DNA from: an uncultured Chloroflexia bacterium
GTDB lineage: Bacteria > Chloroflexota > Anaerolineae > CG2-30-64-16
Direction: 5' to 3'
DNA: 64,000 bases
NCBI GenBank assembly: GCA_963774265.1
Contig: CAVZDU010000006.1
Span: forward strand, 32,001-96,000
The notes under the pieces are model-generated. The model saw nothing but the letters and a program-made list of their open reading frames with translations. It was not told the DNA's origin and did no database searches. This document shows positions 62,601-64,000 of this stretch, piece after piece; positions within the stretch are counted from its first letter, which is position 1; every line of letters begins with the position of its first letter. The position numbers and the translations under genes were made by a program.

Positions 62601-63550
62601 CCCTGCTGGACGAATGAGACACGGGTGAACGCAACATAGCGTCCGTCCGGCGACCAGCTCCGGACCCAGGCGTCGGTGGTGGCTTCCGGCGGCTTGTAGA
62701 CCTGGCGCTGGTTGCCGCCCGCCGCATCCATCAGCCAGATCTCCTGCCAGTTGTCGCCATCGCCGTCCGCGTCATAGGCGATCAGAGTGCCATCGGGCGA
62801 CCACGCCGGGTATTCGCTGTTGGTTTGATTGGAAAGCTGCCGCGCACCGCTCCCGTCCGCATTCATCACCCAGATGCGATACTCGTCCCCGCTCCGCCGC
62901 GTGAACGCGATCTGCGAGCCGTCAGGCGACCAGGCCGGCTCACCATCGTAGTCGTCATGGTAGGTCAGCCGCGTCTGGCCGCTGCCGTCCGCATTCATCA
63001 CATAGATCTCCGCCTGACCGTCGCGGTACGACTGGAACGCGATCCGGCCCCCATCCCAGGACCAGGCCGGATAGGTGTCATTGGCGCCGTCGTCCGTATA
63101 CCGGGTCAAGCCGCTGCCGTCCGCATTCATCACGTAGATCTCGTAGTTGCCGGCGCGATTGGACGCGAAGACCACGCGCGTGGCCCCCCGGTTCAGCCGT
63201 GGATGAATATCCATGCTTTCGTGGTTGGAGATGTTGACCTGCTCCGCACCGTCTCCGCGGGCGCCGTAGATCTCCCAGTCATGCTGGTTGCGGGCCGACT
63301 GGAAGACCAGCCGGGTCCAGGCCGCGAACTCCGGCGCCAGCGGCGCCCGCGCCGCGTCCGGCGCACCGGCGGCCTCCCCTGCCGGCAGCCACGTGGCTGC
63401 GGGCAGGCCATCGTATGACAGCCGGCCGGCGGGCGGCGGTGGCTCCTGGCGGGCCAGGGCCGTCGCGGGCGAGAAGCTGCCGCACAGCAGGCCGGTCGTG
63501 AGGACGAAGATCAGTGGGATAGCGTAACGCCTGGAGAGCCGGGTGAACAC
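59610..63550 (-). CDS. Large secreted protein: TolB/PD40 propeller, Ig/FN3-like modules, second propeller, DUF11-like domain, C-terminal LYLPLIRR (frameshift ~61280)
   Basis: Signal peptide; repeated EIYVMNADGSG..RLT...PAWSPDG; two VSWSG.D..SG...FRxRAxD.AGN modules; DxxGxxHxxW repeats; YGNRG...TLQLPPGL...ASDTAE...NN. Confidence 0.82.
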
Positions 63551-63636
63551 TGCTCACCTCCTGGATGGGTGGGAAGTGGGATGCAGCAATGCGGTGCAGA
63601 CAGCGATGGAACGGCAATGAGTGGTGCGGCGCGTTC

Positions 63637-63665
63637 ATCGTATCGCGAACGCGAACCCATGTCAA
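63637..63665 (-). promoter_or_regulatory. sigma70-type promoter
   Basis: Minus-strand TTGACA (63660-63665)-17-TACGAT (63637-63642). Confidence 0.6.
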
Positions 63666-63731
63666 TAGGGCGGATCGGAGGATTGCGGCCGGCCCTGTGG
63701 TGGTGCACCCGGGTGGGCGGGCCCACCGGGA

Positions 63732-64000
63732 TCAAGCTCCCAGGGCAAACGGCTTGCGATAGATGGCGCCGCTGAGCACCGGGCGGAAGCCGCAGCGCTC
63801 GTAGAGGCGCAGCGCACCGGAGATGTTCTCGATGTGCACGCCCAGCGCCGCCTCGGTCATGCCCTGCTCCTTGCTCGTCGCCATACAACCAGGCGACACG
63901 CTGACCCATTGTGATGCGTATCGCCTGGTAGAGGGCTCAGCGGCAACCAAGCCCCTTACGCCGGCTTCAGCGCAGCGCAGAACCGCGTGAGCAGATCACG
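63732..64000 (-). CDS. GNAT acetyltransferase, C-terminal part (frameshifted, starts outside the window)
   Basis: RRKGLG acetyl-CoA motif near 63950; GMTEAALGVHIENISGALRLYERCGF. Confidence 0.7.

Noticed and set aside
24820-63600. Shared GCATTGCT octamer in the leaders of the two large LPL-motif secreted genes
   Set aside because: Only 8 bp with no shared structure; compatible with chance.
1-64000. Many split genes (pduC, pduE, pduG, pduO, uvrA, kinase, nucleotidase, abiEii and others) as pseudogenes or programmed frameshifts
   Set aside because: Breaks are scattered 1-bp indels in otherwise well-conserved genes, without in-frame stop accumulation or consistent slippery sites. Long-read consensus error is the simplest explanation; raw reads are needed to confirm.

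Overview
GC-rich bacterial contig, most likely Chloroflexota/Anaerolineae. This is inferred from three secreted proteins ending in [FY]LPL[VIM]xR and from a MalT-like regulator/small-protein module. Many genes are split by single-base indels, which look like long-read consensus errors rather than true pseudogenes, so split ORFs are reported as one gene. Left to right: (1) 1-12.1 kb, a surface-protein operon (giant LamG/beta-helix protein, an uncharacterised 'NPFKHKYNPDHDNLD' protein, a cohesin-like protein and a pseudo-receiver) beside a NarL regulator and a divergent membrane/PAS kinase. (2) 12.2-20.7 kb, an accessory island with an internally deleted BrnT-like toxin and its antitoxin, an AbiEi/AbiEii pair, a class II UvrA, an orphan Phd-like gene and a prim-pol/helicase gene with an iteron-like origin. 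(3) 20.9-34.9 kb, dapB, a secreted HEXXH protein, a CHAT-repeat-TM-DUF1080 putative receptor protease, a Ser/Cys proline-racemase-family enzyme, rbsD and an alkaline-phosphatase-superfamily/5'-nucleotidase fusion. (4) 34.9-55.4 kb, a B12-dependent diol dehydratase microcompartment locus (pduUVABCDEGH-K-L-flavoprotein-NOPST). It has no pduQ or pduF but carries gldA, a DUF1097-like membrane protein, a PocR-sensor/AraC two-component pair and a divergent acetate kinase. (5) 55.6-64 kb, a MalT-like STAND regulator module, a large secreted PD40/Ig-like protein and a partial GNAT gene. No rRNA, tRNA, CRISPR array or integrase was recognised. All domain calls come from motif recognition by eye, not database searches.
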